From Strigamia acuminata (lineage: Eukaryota), in the NCBI GenBank assembly GCA_949358305.1, contig OX442314.1, forward strand, positions 21,638,001 to 21,702,000: a stretch of 64,000 bases of DNA, given 5' to 3'. The notes under the pieces were generated by a model, which saw nothing but the letters and a program-made list of their open reading frames with translations, made no database searches and was not told the origin of the DNA. This document shows, piece by piece, positions 13,759 to 27,600 of the stretch. Within the stretch, counting starts at the first letter, position 1. Every line of letters starts with the position of its first letter. The position numbers and the translations under genes are program-made.

Positions 13759-15248
13759 AATTATTCTCTTCTGCTAAGAAATTTTACACGTCTCTCTTCT
13801 CTGCGTGTAATGTGCATTCAAATAAATAGTCACAACAAATATTTTGCATTTAGATCTCATAAAAAATACACACTACTCTATTGAGAAACGACAATGTGCA
13901 ACATATGGTGCTGTATACACTTGAATAGCATTCTTTTTTTCTTTTGTGTGTATATTATGTAATTGTGCTGCCTGTAGAGATAACAATGGACACATATTTA
14001 ATCCAGGAATATGATTCAAGTTGCAGGAAGAATTTATTTCATTGCCAATAGGAAGCAAAGTCAAGTCTATTTCTCTTTTTTCTCCTCTTTTGAATGCGTA
14101 TGTTATGACGATGTCGACAGCGGTAGATCAGGCACGTGCCTATAGAAGCCCTAGAGGTTTAGGGGTCCCAATTGTCATTCTTTTTAAAGTATCAACATTA
14201 TATAATGTCAAATAATACTTTTATCACTCAAAAAGTAAATTTCTCTGCTTAAATGGTCCATTTTCCCACTTGAAACAGACCAGTTTTTTCCTACAGCGTA
14301 TTTACGGGTCTGAAAATTAAAGTTTTAGGTCCAAAATCTTATTTAGAATAAGTTCACGTATGGAAATAAGCAGATTTGAACATATAAAATGTGAACTTTT
14401 CTGGGATGGACTAAATGTCAGACGTCAGGGTTCAGGCGTCTGATTTCCCCTTTTTTGCCAAAACTAAACGTCAGGCGTCAGGCGTCAGGTGTCCTCCTCT
14501 ACGTCGGACGTGAACGTAGCTACTTCGTATTTGGGACGGCATTCAACTGTGTTCCACGTTGAATTCCGGAACTTTAGTTTTAAGACTATTTGTGTAAGAA
14601 ATCCTGAGAACGAGGCAAGGGGTGGACGTTCACTTGGCTATTATCTTGAAATAAGAAGCTCGTATGAGTCTAAAACATGTCTCAGGAGATCAGTGAAGAA
14701 ACACAATTAAAGCAAAACTTAAATCAAGCGTATGCTCACTTAATAAAAAAATTTTAAACAAATTACACAATGCACAGGAAGAACTTATTTTTAATAATTT
14801 CAAATGTCAACCAGAAACATGTGTGGCGAGACTTATATCGACGCACGTGTGTGATGCCATTTATGTAGCTTACAATAGAACTAGTTATTTTCTTCCGGTA
14901 TATGATTGAGTCAAGTTTCTGGAAAAGTTATTTTGCTGTGGCGAATTTCGTGCATTTTCTGTATATAAAAAAAGTGAGTAGTGTACTCGTAGTCCTTTAA
15001 TCTTTAATATTATTTTGTTTTTGTATTTTTAATACGGTAATCTTTTCGTTTGGATTTAATTTGAAAGTCAGCGAGCTCAGTCAATTTATATTCACAAAGT
15101 TATCCGGTCGCTCGTTGGATATTGTGTAATTTGCTAAACCGAAATTATAATAATAATAATAATAAAGGATTCTCAAAAACAAATCCAGCACCGACTAATT
15201 AAAAATTCAAATTACAAATACCAAATGTCGAGAACAATTTACAATGTA

Positions 15249-15330
15249 CAATCCTGCTCACATAAAATGTTTCCGATAGTCATAACCAATGTACGTACAC
15301 TAGCGTGAACATTTTATGTGAGCAGGATTG
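15249..15330. mobile_element. 82-bp mini-MITE/hairpin in the putative 5'UTR intron of copy 3
   Basis: 23-bp perfect IR CAATCCTGCTCACATAAAATGTT / AACATTTTATGTGAGCAGGATTG, flanked by TA. Confidence 0.65.
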
Positions 15331-15441
15331 TATATTGTATATTGTACATCACAAGAACGTAACAACTATTATAAAGTACGAATAAAGGCGCTGATTCTGT
15401 AGTGTATAATCCACTTTTGTTTTTTCAGCCCCTGACTGACA

Positions 15442-16290
15442 ATGGGTACATTTATAGCACATGTAATAAATGGTATTTCGCTCAAATTACTCGCCATGTG
15501 GTGGGCGTACAGCAGTTACAATAACTACTACAAATCATTGATCAATGGTACGAAATTTCGAAGTTCCACATGCTTTTCGGTGAACAAGTGCCCAAATATT
15601 CCATTGGAAAGCATCATCAAGTTGACTATGTTCACGACGGCAATAGTCAGTGCTGTTTTTCACGACGGCATGAACCACATGACAATTCGAAATGAATACC
15701 ATATTACCATCCACATGTTTTTCTTTTTCCAGGCCTTTGTTGAATTCCTCCAATTTTATAAATTCCGTTTTATTCCATCTGGCGCCGAATATTTCACTGC
15801 CATTTTAGGATTTTCTATGGAAGTACTACTTTTTTCTTCCCACACTCATGGCAGGTCCGAATTAGACATCCTTCTCCATACATTCATAGTGATTGCAGCG
15901 GCAGGTTCCTGCGTCACTTTTCTGATAGAATTTTTTATTCGAGATGAATTGCTCGTGACATTAGCTCGTACTCATTGTGTGCTTGTCCAAGGTGGTTGGC
16001 TTGTTCAAGTGGGGTTCGTTCTGTACCCACCTACAGCCGGAATGAAACATTGGGCCGGTAAAATGGATCACACTGACGCTATGTTAATATCTATAATTTT
16101 TTCGTGGCATGTTGCAGGTGCCCTCATAATAATATTATTTTGTGGAAACTTAATTTCTCTAAAGTACCGAAACATAATAAAGTGTGTACAAGTTAATAAT
16201 AATTTTAACGAGTTTGGCTCCATAAATATAAAGGACAAGAGCCAATTCCAGCCATTAATTCAGGTGGAAGCAAATGGATATGTTTTTTAG
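15442..16290 (+). CDS. TMEM45: TMEM45-like copy 3
   Basis: 282-aa ORF with SHTHGRSELD, QGGW and FSWH motifs; acceptor TTTTTCAG immediately upstream. Confidence 0.88.
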   Translation: MGTFIAHVINGISLKLLAMWWAYSSYNNYYKSLINGTKFRSSTCFSVNKCPNIPLESIIKLTMFTTAIVSAVFHDGMNHMTIRNEYHITIHMFFFFQAFVEFLQFYKFRFIPSGAEYFTAILGFSMEVLLFSSHTHGRSELDILLHTFIVIAAAGSCVTFLIEFFIRDELLVTLARTHCVLVQGGWLVQVGFVLYPPTAGMKHWAGKMDHTDAMLISIIFSWHVAGALIIILFCGNLISLKYRNIIKCVQVNNNFNEFGSINIKDKSQFQPLIQVEANGYVF

Positions 16291-16642
16291 ATTTGAGCCC
16301 ACATTTTTGGAAGCAATAAAATCTGTTGTATTAAAGAGTTGTAAAAATAAAAAATAAATACGGTATTAACTCAAAACCAATTTTCTATTCGTATTTTGCT
16401 ATGCAGACTTGAGTTTTTTTTCTTCTTTTATTTTTACTTTTTCTTCTCTTTTGACGGATATGTTATGGGGTTATGGCGATGTCGACAGTTGTGGATTACC
16501 CGGATTAAGAGCTTCATCCTTTTTAAATACAAACATCATTTTATCAGCGTTTTGATCAATTTTATAAACATTTTAGATCAATTTTATATACATTTCTATT
16601 AATTTTATATATATTTCATCAACACAACACTGGGTTTTTGTC

Positions 16643-16863
16643 CTTTAGACTCCTAAGATGGGTCTTTTTTGACCCAGTTAATCTTTGGTTTCAAATTATA
16701 AACAAAATTAAAAAATTAAAGAAATTTCAATTGGGGTGTAGTGTCTAGTGATGTTTCAAAGGAATAGTCAGCAAAAATCAGATTAAAACAAAATTATTTC
16801 ACACAAAAAAAATAATTTTTTAAAAATGGTGTCACAAAAAGACCCATCTTAGGGTTGGAAGGG
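16643..16863. mobile_element. Degenerate piggyBac-like MITE
   Basis: IR core CCTAAGATGGGTCTTTTT / AAAAAGACCCATCTTAGG; right end AGGG|TTAA; left TTAA missing. Confidence 0.45.
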
Positions 16864-19199
16864 TTAATGTAAAAAATTACGAAGATAACGGTGCACACGT
16901 GAAAATGGTATTTTTAGCCTATTTTCATCTATTTTTACCTATTTTCAGTTTTTCACCTCTATTTTGTCCTAAAAACGGCCTTTTTCCTGATTGAAAATGG
17001 TTGAAAGAAAAACAAATACGCTAAAACCAGACTATGTTCTTTTCACCTCAATCTTTTATTTTCTACGCGTTACTTTACAATTATGGCAACACCGCATACC
17101 ACCGTCGCAATGGGACGAGAAAGGGAACTAATAAAAACACAGGACTATCATTTTGGCATCATCTGAGGTGGTTTAGAGTAATTTAACAGAGTGCTTCCCT
17201 GCAAAGCTCTTTGTAGTAGCGACTCCAGAATGCAGCTCCTATACTCGAGTTGCACTCAAAAAGGCACCTCACAATGTGTACTCCCATTGGTCGAGCCAGT
17301 TCACTACTAACTCCAGACTGTATGCTACAACTAGGAGAAGTAGTTTTGTTTTTTATTTATTGTTGTGATTGTTATGACTAATTTAGTTTATGTTATTTTG
17401 ATTTTATTTAATAAAAAATGTTATTTTATTTCCATCCTTAAAATGAAGTTTTACACATTAAAAAATGTCAAACTCATGTTTGTTGTGTTTATTGCTTACA
17501 TTGTCTGGAAGTTTGAATTGAACAAACGTGTCGTCACAAATAAGATGTTAAGCCTCTCTAGTCAACAGGGCTGAAAGCAAGATTCATTAAATCGTAATAA
17601 GAATATACATTTTCATTAAGATGAAGATTTGGGTTTGATAGGCCCGGAAAATGGTTATAGGAAGAGCAACAGAACATTGAAAACACATGTAAGGCAGCAG
17701 AGCCATACTGCTAGGCCTGCTGGTCTAACATTGATAGAATGTCCAGTTACATACAAAGTGAAATGGCTATCAGGTTGCGAGTGTTGTGATGTGAGCAGAC
17801 CGCTCTAAAATGTGCTAGACGAGTCAGCCCGACATTTAGATTAACATTGAGCGAGGAGAGCCATACTGTCTGCTGGCTGACATTGATGAGGTCACCCAAT
17901 TTAGTCAATGTTAAAATGGCTATCGATAGACAACCGGAGATGGTGGAGAAGCTGACCAGCGTCAGACAACCAAATCGCAGCATAGTGCGTCAATAAATTG
18001 ACACACATTAATTAGCTCAACCCAAAAAGCATCAAAAATTAAGTTATATCAAAAGTTAAGGGCAAAAGTCCGTGTTCCCAGCTCTGAACAGGCTTAAATA
18101 CTCCGAAAACCCTGTCTCATTAGTATGACAACCAATGAGAGCACTGCAGCTCTAAGAAACCAAAGTTAAGGTTAGGTAATAAAAATGGGGGTGAGCAGAC
18201 TCACTCCTCCGTGTGGTCAAGGTCGGTCTGTCCGTGTCTCTCAACAACAAGGGATGACCCAATGCAAGTGGTGGTAATCAACATCTCTGGCCTGAAGGGT
18301 GACTGACAGGGGTTTATTGCACCCATTTATAGGCCTATGAGACAAGTAAACACAAACACAAAGTACTAACAATAAAGTATTATTTATTAGATTTCAAACC
18401 TCGGTATTTTCATACCGACACAGCAACTACTTGCACGACCCAGACACTGAAACTATCAAGAGCCCTTCAAAAGCACCTAGGGAGTGGATGCTGGACATCC
18501 ACAGTGGCGACAGTCAGTTTGCTATTATCTTGAATTATGACCCATGAATGAATCTCAAACCGGCCTCAAGAGATCAGTCAAGAAACAGCAAGTAAGGCAA
18601 AACTCGAATCAAGTATCCAAAGCAAGGGGAACGAATACAAATAATAAAATTCAAGATGTTTGATGATCATTAAAGGTCTTTTATTGCTCCAGATATTTTA
18701 ATATGTAATACATACATGGGATCAATTCATTGGGACCATACTTACTCGTATCTGTGATTAACTTTTAGCGCGACTGTGACGTTTGTTGGGAACCTTCATC
18801 TGGGTGTTGATCACGGGATCAAATTAGATTTAGAAGTGTTTATTCAAATTTAAATCCCAAGTTAAATAGGTACTACATTCAAATTTGAGATAGCATCCTG
18901 TTGCGGTGTTGCACAGCAAAAAAATTTGGTTTTACAAAAACAAATCATTGGAAAGTTAATAAGGAAATTGGAACAATTCCAGTTTGGAAATATGAACTTA
19001 ACTTATATACGTAGAGTTAGTTATGTTGACACACAGCTGTGATGGATGCCTTTGTTATCAATATAGACACATTTGTTTTTTTTTTAAATTTGTTTTATTT
19101 GAGTAAATGACTCAAAGATCCTGAACGTGTTAGTTTGCCAGAGTGATAGCCAAGCAATTGTTTGTTTAAAAAAGTGAGTACAAGTAGTGCACTCTTAGT

Positions 19200-19323
19200 C
19201 AGTGGCGGTTTTACGGGTAGGTGAGACAAGGAGCCTCAAATTTATTTCAATCAAAGGTAATTTTTACATTTGCACCTCTGATCTGCCCACATTTGTCGAA
19301 AACCGATCCGACAATCTCCACTG
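19200..19323. mobile_element. Small hAT-type MITE (paralogous copy at 50793-50918)
   Basis: CAGTGG...CCACTG termini; 8-bp TSD CTCTTAGT/CTCGTAGT. The paralogous site near 14985 has a single CTCGTAGT. Confidence 0.7.
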
Positions 19324-20983
19324 CTCGTAGTCATTTATATTTAGTATCATTTTTAATACGGTAATGTGTACGTTTACATTTGATAGCAAAGTCTCTCTGC
19401 GAAGCCTAAGGTTCAATTTATTTTCACAAAATTATCTGGTTAGAGGATGAACACTGAGCGACATGCATTTAAATTATTTTTTTTACTTGAATCAGAAACA
19501 ACTAAACAATTTAGTAGAATTAACTAACTAAATTTAGTTCAGGCAACAAAATCCTAAGTTGTCTTTAACTAAATGTTCACTTATTTCTTAGCCAACCATT
19601 GATTTAGTTAATACAACCGAACCGTTTTTTGAGTGTGCTTTAATTTAAAGCGTCAGGTGTCTCGAACTGAATAACAATTTTAACAAGTCAGGGTTTGATT
19701 GAATGGAGCAGAAATGTTCAGTATAAAATAGAGAAGGAAAATTTTTGTATAAATTATTTGTTATTTCTAAATTCTGAAAAAAAGAGGAAGTTACTGTACG
19801 GTAAACACCTTGAATCATTCCGTTTATCACTCAACAACAAATTTATCTCAATAACATCTATCTTTTAGAGTAGTTATTTAATATAACAGAAATTAACTTT
19901 TGACGTAGAACTATATAGGTCTAACAACTGGACAATCCTCGAAACATACTGTATGTGCTATGATGATGTCGACAGGTTAAAGACTACATTCAAATTTGGG
20001 ATTAGCATCTTGTATGTAGTATGCTGGATGCTGGATGCTGCATCCCAACGCTAGCGCCCTCTACGAAATTAGTGACGCCAAATGCATTTAGTGCGAATAA
20101 TGCACAAAAATATTAGAGCGATCTATCCGGAACCGTGTATGTTTGTTTAACTCGCAGATGATAAAATATATAACTCCATGATCAGTAGTAAAAAATTATT
20201 GACAATGTGTTATATATCCTTATTCTAATATTCTGTGTCCTTACAACAATGATGGGTATGGATCAGGTTCAAAGTGACCGACACACACTTTATTCTTCTT
20301 ATTCGTCCAAGCTTTATTCATTGCATATAGTATGACCGCTCCTCTACACGTACTGTAACCTTGCACATACAATCTCACTGGCGATTAATTACAGTAACAC
20401 AAACAACACTACAGTAATAATGTTTGTGTAAAAATAAAATGCAATAACTTTATATTTTTAACGTCGAAGTTGAATACTGCACACCTTATTTAACAGAAGT
20501 TAAATGTAAATTTGTAATTAGTGATGTTCACGGCTACTTTCCAGCTCATGTAATTGTCGTCTCGTCCAAAGAAATGTAATTCAGCACGTGCACAATAATC
20601 AGCAAATTACGCAATAGCCCATATGGAGCATATATTGATTGATTTATTTAGTTTTATATCACGTGAGTTGTGTATTGACACACATGTGTGATACACTTGT
20701 GCAGTTTACAATAGAATAAGATTCAATGAGTTGGAAGTGTGCGCATTGGTTCCATTCCTGTGCAGAACGACTCCGAACTAATACAATCCGATTTGGACGA
20801 AACGTTGGTCGACGAATCGACGTAGACGAATCGCTCACAGCTCGTTTATATTGTAAGTACAGTATAAGGAATCCTGTTACTGGATGAGTCAATTTGCCAT
20901 AGTGATTATCGTGCAATTTCTGTAATAAACGAAAGTGGGTAGAGTACTCGTAGTCGTTTAAACTTTAATATTATTTTATTTCT

Positions 20984-21567
20984 TGTGACCAGCTGCCCAC
21001 GCAGCCCCTGCGACGCAGGGCACTTAGTGCAGCTCTTGCGCCACTCGTGTCTCTCGTGCGCGGCCTGGTGCAGTCCCCCGCACCAGGTGGAGCTGCGGGC
21101 CGGAAGTGGGTGGTCCCCACAGAGGCCCAAGAGAAAAAGAAAGTTCTCTACTAGCTAGCAAGGCGAACGGTCGCTTCCACAACCGCTCTTCCAAACTAGC
21201 TACGACGATGACCCGACTGATCGGCGTGGCGACACTGTCGCCCACCGGGACCTGAGCGTCTGTGTTAGCCGCGTTCGTCCTGAGTTCTCCGTGAACGCTA
21301 CGACGACCCGGCCGAACTGTATTCCGACCACGCGTGTCATGCGGCCAATGGCTGCCTTGCCACGCGGTCTTGTTAGGGATGGCCGTTCGCAGCCATCACA
21401 TTGGGAAATACACCTGAGACACCTATCATACCCCCAGACAACAATAAAGCTATTCTATATAACTAAACCTGTGTCTTTGGTCGTATTTCGGTGAATAATC
21501 ATCGTGTGTTGTGTCCAGCGTCCAGTGGCTCTCCCCCGATCACGTGGCGTCCGTCCAAACACTCACA
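20984..21567 (+). mobile_element. Solo LTR (584 bp, Gypsy-like by TSD length)
   Basis: TGTGA...TCACA termini; 4-bp TSD TTCT; internal AATAAA; GC-rich relative to flanks. Confidence 0.8.
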
Positions 21568-21907
21568 TTCTTGCATATGTAATACGGTTACACGTACGTT
21601 TACAATTTGATTTCAAAGTCTCTCTACTTGCTGGGTCATTTTATTAACACAAAACTATCTGGTCACTTAATTTCGAAAAAATCGTGGATGAGACAGCTTT
21701 GCAGACAATTGTGAAGTTTGCCAAGCTGTAAAAAGCAAGAATACTCAACATCAAAAAAAAATTACAAAAACAAAACCAGCACCAAAGAATAAATAAACAA
21801 ATTGCAAACGACAAACTCCTACCATCAGAGCCTAACAACAACTCTTAGAAATAAAGGCGTTGCTTCTGAGTCTACTAATTGTTTTTATTTTCAGGTTTTG
21901 ACTGATA

Positions 21908-22765
21908 ATGGGTACATTTATCGGTCATGTACTTCCTGGAATTTATCTCGTATTCCTCGCGATGTGGTGGACGTACAGCAGTTACACAAACTACTACAAA
22001 GCATTGACAAATGGCAATAAGAAATTTCGTAGTTCCACGTGGTTTTCGGTGAGCAAGTGCCCAAATCTACCACTGGAGAGCATCTTCAAGTTGACTTCAT
22101 TCACGATAGGGATAATCAGTGAAGTTTTCCACGACGGCATGGACCCCGTGAACATTCGAAATAAATACCATACGACCATCAACATGTTTTTCTTTTTCCA
22201 AGCCTTTGTTGAAATCCTCCAGTTTTATAAATTCCGTTTTATTCCACCTGGCGCCGAATATTTTACTGCCATTTTAGCATTTTCTATGGAAGTACTACTT
22301 TTTTCTAGACATACTCATGGCAGATCCGAATTAGACATCCTTGTCCATACATTCACAGTGGTTGCAGCTGCATGTTGCTGCGTCGCTTTTGCGATAGAAT
22401 TTTTTATTCAAGATAAATTCATCGTCACATTAGCTCGTATTCATTGTGTACTTGCCCATGGTGGTTGGTTTATTCAAGTGGGGTTCGTTCTGTACCCACC
22501 TACAGCCGGAATGAAACATTGGGCCAGTAAAATGGATCACACTCAAGCTATGTTAATATCTATAATTTTTTCGTGGCATGTTGCAGGTGCTCTTTTAATA
22601 ATATTATTTTGTGGGGGCTTAATTTCTATAAAGTACCAAAACATAATAAAGTGTGTAGAAGTTAATAATAATTTTAACGAGTTTGGCTCCACAGATATAA
22701 AGGACAGGAGCCAATTCCAGCCATTAGTTCAGGCGGAATCGAATGGATATGTTGTTGACAGTTGA
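21908..22765 (+). CDS. TMEM45: TMEM45-like copy 4
   Basis: 285-aa ORF MGTFIGHVLPG...HTHGRSELD...FSWH; acceptor TTTTCAG upstream. Confidence 0.9.
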   Translation: MGTFIGHVLPGIYLVFLAMWWTYSSYTNYYKALTNGNKKFRSSTWFSVSKCPNLPLESIFKLTSFTIGIISEVFHDGMDPVNIRNKYHTTINMFFFFQAFVEILQFYKFRFIPPGAEYFTAILAFSMEVLLFSRHTHGRSELDILVHTFTVVAAACCCVAFAIEFFIQDKFIVTLARIHCVLAHGGWFIQVGFVLYPPTAGMKHWASKMDHTQAMLISIIFSWHVAGALLIILFCGGLISIKYQNIIKCVEVNNNFNEFGSTDIKDRSQFQPLVQAESNGYVVDS

Positions 22766-23003
22766 GCCCTCGTTTTTGGAAGCAATAAAATCTATGCTGC
22801 ATTAAAAAGTTGTAAAAATAAGAAATAAATACCTATTGTGCTATGTAGACAATTTTTTTGTTTGTTTGTTGTTTGTAACCTAGCACCTAGCACCTAGCAC
22901 CTAGCACCTGTACACGACTGAAACTATAATGGAGGCCAGATTGTCAGGGTCAACTCTAAATCTGTTTCGTTTTTAATTATAACGTGCTTTCTAAATTCTG
23001 GAA

Positions 23004-23145
23004 CCTTTCAGTTTTTCACATATTTTCAGTTTTTCACATATTTTCAGTTTTTCACATATTTTCAGTTTTTCACATATTTTCAGTTTTTCACCTATTTTCA
23101 ATTTTTCACCTATTTTTATTTTTTCACCTAATTTTCACCTATTTT
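23004..23145. repeat. 18-bp minisatellite (TTTTCAGTTTTTCACATA)n
   Basis: About 7 copies; fewer copies at the paralogous positions ~16915-16965 and ~49758-49845. Confidence 0.85.
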
Positions 23146-23576
23146 GTTCTAAAAAAGCCTTTTTTCTGATTGAAAATGGTTGAAAGAAAAACAAATAGAT
23201 AAAACCAGACTACGGTATGTTCTTTCCACCTCAATCTTTTATTTCTTACGCATAACTCTACAATTAGGGCAACACCGCATACCACCGTCGCAACTAACTT
23301 ACAAGATCCTAGAACTATCACGGGCCCTTCAAGCGCACCTAAAGAGTCGATGCTGGACACCCACAGTGCGGACAATCAGTTTGCTATTATCTTGAATTAT
23401 GACCCACGTATGAGTCTCAAACGGGCTTCAAGATCAGTCAAGATCAGTCAAGAAACACCAAGCAAGACAAAACTCAAATCACTTGGCTGGTCTAGAGCAA
23501 GGAGAACGGGTACAAATAATAAAAAGATGTTTGGATGATCCTTAAAGTTCTTTTATTGCACAGATATTTTAATATA

Positions 23577-23854
23577 CAGGGTGTTCTAAAAGTATTGTTC
23601 CCTCCAAATATTTCCTGAGCAATTGCATCTAGGCCAACTTTGATGAAGCGACCGTACAGGAAGTTGGGTGAGAGCAATCCAATGACGTCATCAAATTTGA
23701 CCTTGAAGGTCATTTTCAAGGTCATTCACTTGCTAACTTCTGAACCAATCAGGTTAGAGCAAAATTTCCAATTACAAAGTTGTAGAGTACCATCAAATTA
23801 GTACTATCCAACTTATCGTAGTCATCTTAAGTTAAATGTTTTCTTTTTAAAAAT
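23577..23854 (+). mobile_element. One-ended Tc1/mariner-like fragment at the duplication junction
   Basis: Begins TA|CAGGGTG exactly where homology to the paralogue stops; no matching right TIR seen. Confidence 0.5.
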
Positions 23855-24668
23855 GTTCAATTTATTTTCACAAAATTATCTGGTTAGAGAATGAACACTG
23901 ATGCTGGGCGCAGACATACCGCGATTTCGCGTCGCGTCGCGATCGCGTTACCATTGCGCATGTGCAGGTGACGTCATTTCCTTCGCGCCGGTTCGAAATC
24001 TACTTTGCGAAATAGTACTTGTCCCAAGTACTATTTCGCCCGCGATTCTTGTCGCAGCCAATCCCGTGAGCTGATTGAAATGACGTCATTTCATCAACAT
24101 TTTTGGTTGCTGTGTGAATGCTGTGGAATGACGTCATAAGTTTGAATTCGCAGAGCTGAAATAGCTAATGGGATTTAGAAGTGGTGTAGAGAAAAAATTC
24201 GAGGCCATTTAAGTTAAAATGTGCCAGAACATGCCGTGAACTTTCGGCGGCCATTTTATTCAACTTAGAATCTATAAAAGCAGTGAGTCATCGCCACTTG
24301 TCGATGATCACATGTACAAAACAAACGCAGAACAAATCAACGCAATCAAACATTGATTTGTCCTTTACAATTCGCAAATCAAAGGATAAATGCACTCAAA
24401 TGAAAAGCCAAACAAATATAATTGATAAACAGTTTTGCTCATTTGAGCAGACGACAGGGACATGCGCAATTACTATTAACTAACCAACCGCGGTACTGAA
24501 TCAAGCGTTTGGACTAAAGTCCAGATAAAAACATTATCGGTTGATCACTATATAGGGGCAAGACGTAACAACGCATGTATTGCGCAAATCCGGATAAGTG
24601 CAACTAATCAAACTCACGTCCAATGAAAGCAATAACTCAACATGCTCCAATAATCCCCCTCTGAGGAA

Positions 24669-27600
24669 TTACTTGAATTGGTCGAATATGTGTTCGCACA
24701 ACACATCGAGGCGCGAGCGTGGAATCCATTTGGTTAGAATGTCGGCTATGTTCACCTTCCCTCTAACATGCTTTATCTCAAAAACTCCAGACTCGTACAA
24801 GTCGCGCAGGAAGTGGAACTTTACCTCGATATGCTTATTCGAGCGATTTTCAACCCGATTCTTGGCATACTGGATGGCCGCAGTGCTATCAGCCAGTATG
24901 CAAGGCTGGACATTGCCAAAAGCGTGTGATATCACATCAACATCGAAGAGTCGCTTAAGCCATACTAACTCACGTACACCATCGACAATGGCTACAAATT
25001 CGCTCTCCATAATCGATAAACTCGTTTGTTTCTGCTTATGGCATGCCCAGGTCACAGGAACACCACCCAAAAAGACAATATGTCCTCCGAAACTTTTCCT
25101 TTCGTCTAAGTCCGATGCATACGAGGCATCCGTAAATGCAGAAAGTTTAACATCTTCGCATCGGCTTAGGTCAATGCATAAATCTTGGGTGTTACGTAAG
25201 TACTTCAGTATCTGAAGTAACATGTCCACGTGCCTGTCAGAATGTGACTCGTTATATTGAGACATAACGATCACGGAAAATAGTATGTCTGGCCACGTTC
25301 TAGTCGCAATAAAGAGCAGGCTTCCAACAAGCGACCTGTATGGAAACGTGGTGTTCAACATTTCATTTTTTTGGACACCCCTTATCATGGTTCCTACAGT
25401 CCCCGGAACTCGAACACGATGACATGTATCAACTTTAAAAAGCTGACATAACTTCGAAATATACGAGCGTTGATGAATCAAAATTCGTCCTACCCCTCTT
25501 TTGAACTCAACGCCCAACAATAATGTAACCGGTCCCAAGTTGACCATTTCGAAGATCTCTCCAATCCAACTCAGTATGGATTCTTCAGTGTACTTGTCCC
25601 GGGCAAAGAGAACAATATCGTCCACGTACACAACAAGAACGGCATCTCTGTCAAGCACGTAAACGCAGTTTAACCCTGGTACAGGTTCAAAACCAATGCT
25701 AAGAAGCGCCTCGTGAAGTTTAAAGAACCACATACGGCCCGATTGGTGAAGGCCGTATAAAGCCTTGTTCAGTTTCCAAAATTTCCCTCGGTTAGAATCA
25801 TTCACATAGCCCTTGGGAATTCGCATATATTGTGATTCATTTAAGTCGCCATAAAGGTACGCTGACTTAATGTCTATATGCGCGTCAGTCCATCCGTTCA
25901 GAATTACCAATGAACAAAAGAAAACAAGAACCATAACAAAATTTACGACCGGAGAAAATACCTCTTTGAAATCAACCCCGGGTTTCTGCTTGAAACCTTG
26001 TGCCACAAGCATAGCCCGATGCCGTTTAATTTCCCCAGTGTGATCTCGTTTGACTTTATAGACCCATTTGTTCCCTAATAAAGTAGTATCTTCAAGTAAC
26101 TCGTCAACCTCGGTGTAAACTTTGCGCTTATGAAAAATGGAGATTTCCTCCTCCATAGCTTCAGTCCAATTCTGTTTAAAAGGACTCTCCATCGCCTCCT
26201 CAAAAGTAGTTGGTTCAACGTAAGAAAGACCAGCAAAAGGGAGGTCTTCCGGTGCAGGCTGCTGCGCCTTGAAGTTAAATAAACTCGCATCGTAAATAAA
26301 ACCTTCATCTTCACACCATCTGACTACATCAATTCTACTACGAATTCTATCTTTCTGGGGTGTGATATAATGCACAAACACGGTGCCAGCAGTTGTACCA
26401 GACTTTCTAGTGTACTCTAAACGTTTCCATTTGCTGATATCAATTTCTTGCAATTCAATTTGTTCCGCAGGAACTCTGCCCTTAACATTTGGAGACTTGG
26501 CAATTGCGTCTTCGTATTTCCCTTCGTCGTCACTAGCCTCACTAGGGATTTCTTCCTCAGAAGGAAGAATGGGCTGCACAACTGGGGGCGGAGGAACCTG
26601 TGACGTGGAAGGAGTAACTTCCGGTAATGGGGATTGAAGCTTCAAATTTGGAATGGATTTTACACTCCCCTCATCCTCCGAATCTGAATCATTAAACATT
26701 CGAAATGTATCATCATTTGTGGAATTCTGTATGAATTTCTGCCCCTTTAGAGGTTTCGGGACTTCCCCCTCATACCAGTATTGATTTTCATCAATTATTA
26801 CATGTTTCGAAGCAAACACCTTTCGTCTATGGGGGTCCCAAATTCTATAGCCTTTAGTAGACATCGCATAGCCGATTAACGCCCCAGCCCAAGCACGTTT
26901 TTCAAATTTGTTCTTCCGAGTTTGAACTGGAATGTGAACATAAACCTTAGATCCAATGCATCTAAGATGCCTAATAGATAATCGTCGCTCGTAAAAGACA
27001 TTATAAGGTGTTTTTCCTTTCAAACTAGAATGTGGGTATCTGTTTTTCAAATAAACCAGTGTATTCGATAACTCTGCCCAGAGATAAATTGGGAAATCAT
27101 TTTCAATCATCATTGCCCTTATTCCTTCTAGAATTGTGCGGTTTGCGCGTTCTGCAATCGAATTCATCTCCGGACTGTATGCATTGGTTCTTTCACATTT
27201 AATCCCACATTGATTGGTGTATTGTTCCCACTCTTTGGAAACAAATTCTCCCCCATTGTCGGTGCGGATTGTTCTGACTTTTCGAGAAGTCGCACGTTCG
27301 ACTTCAGCTTGCCAACGCTTAAAGCGACCTAAAACTTCATTCTTTCGTTTGCAAAAGTCAATCCACATAAAACGTGAATGGTCATCAACCATAATCAGGT
27401 AATAACGGGCCCCTCCAAATGATTCATTCGGGGACGCCCCCCATACGTCCATATGGACTAAATCCAAGACACCTTTTGATTTAATCTCATCTATGGGGGC
27501 AAAGCTAGCCCTAACATGCTTAGCTCTATGGCAAGCATCACAAGGAGACATTGTTTCGTTACTTAACTTTATCCCAAAAATTTCATCAGATTTTTGCATC

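Larger units (their letters stand above)
19411..23576 (+). repeat. ~4.2-kb tandem segmental duplication unit containing copy 4; second unit is 23855-~50279 after removing TE insertions
   Basis: Near-identical collinear sequence: 19411-19457 vs 23855-23901, 19455-20575 vs 30991-32106, and 20576-23576 vs 47634-50279. Confidence 0.9.

Noticed and set aside
17111..18410. ~1.3-kb segment absent from the paralogous flanks
   Set aside because: Probably an insertion, but no TIR, LTR, TSD or coding signature could be supported.
24598..25215. 205-aa + strand ORF and other antisense ORFs over pol, TMEM45 and hAT
   Set aside because: Shadows of real coding sequence on the opposite strand, with no independent features.
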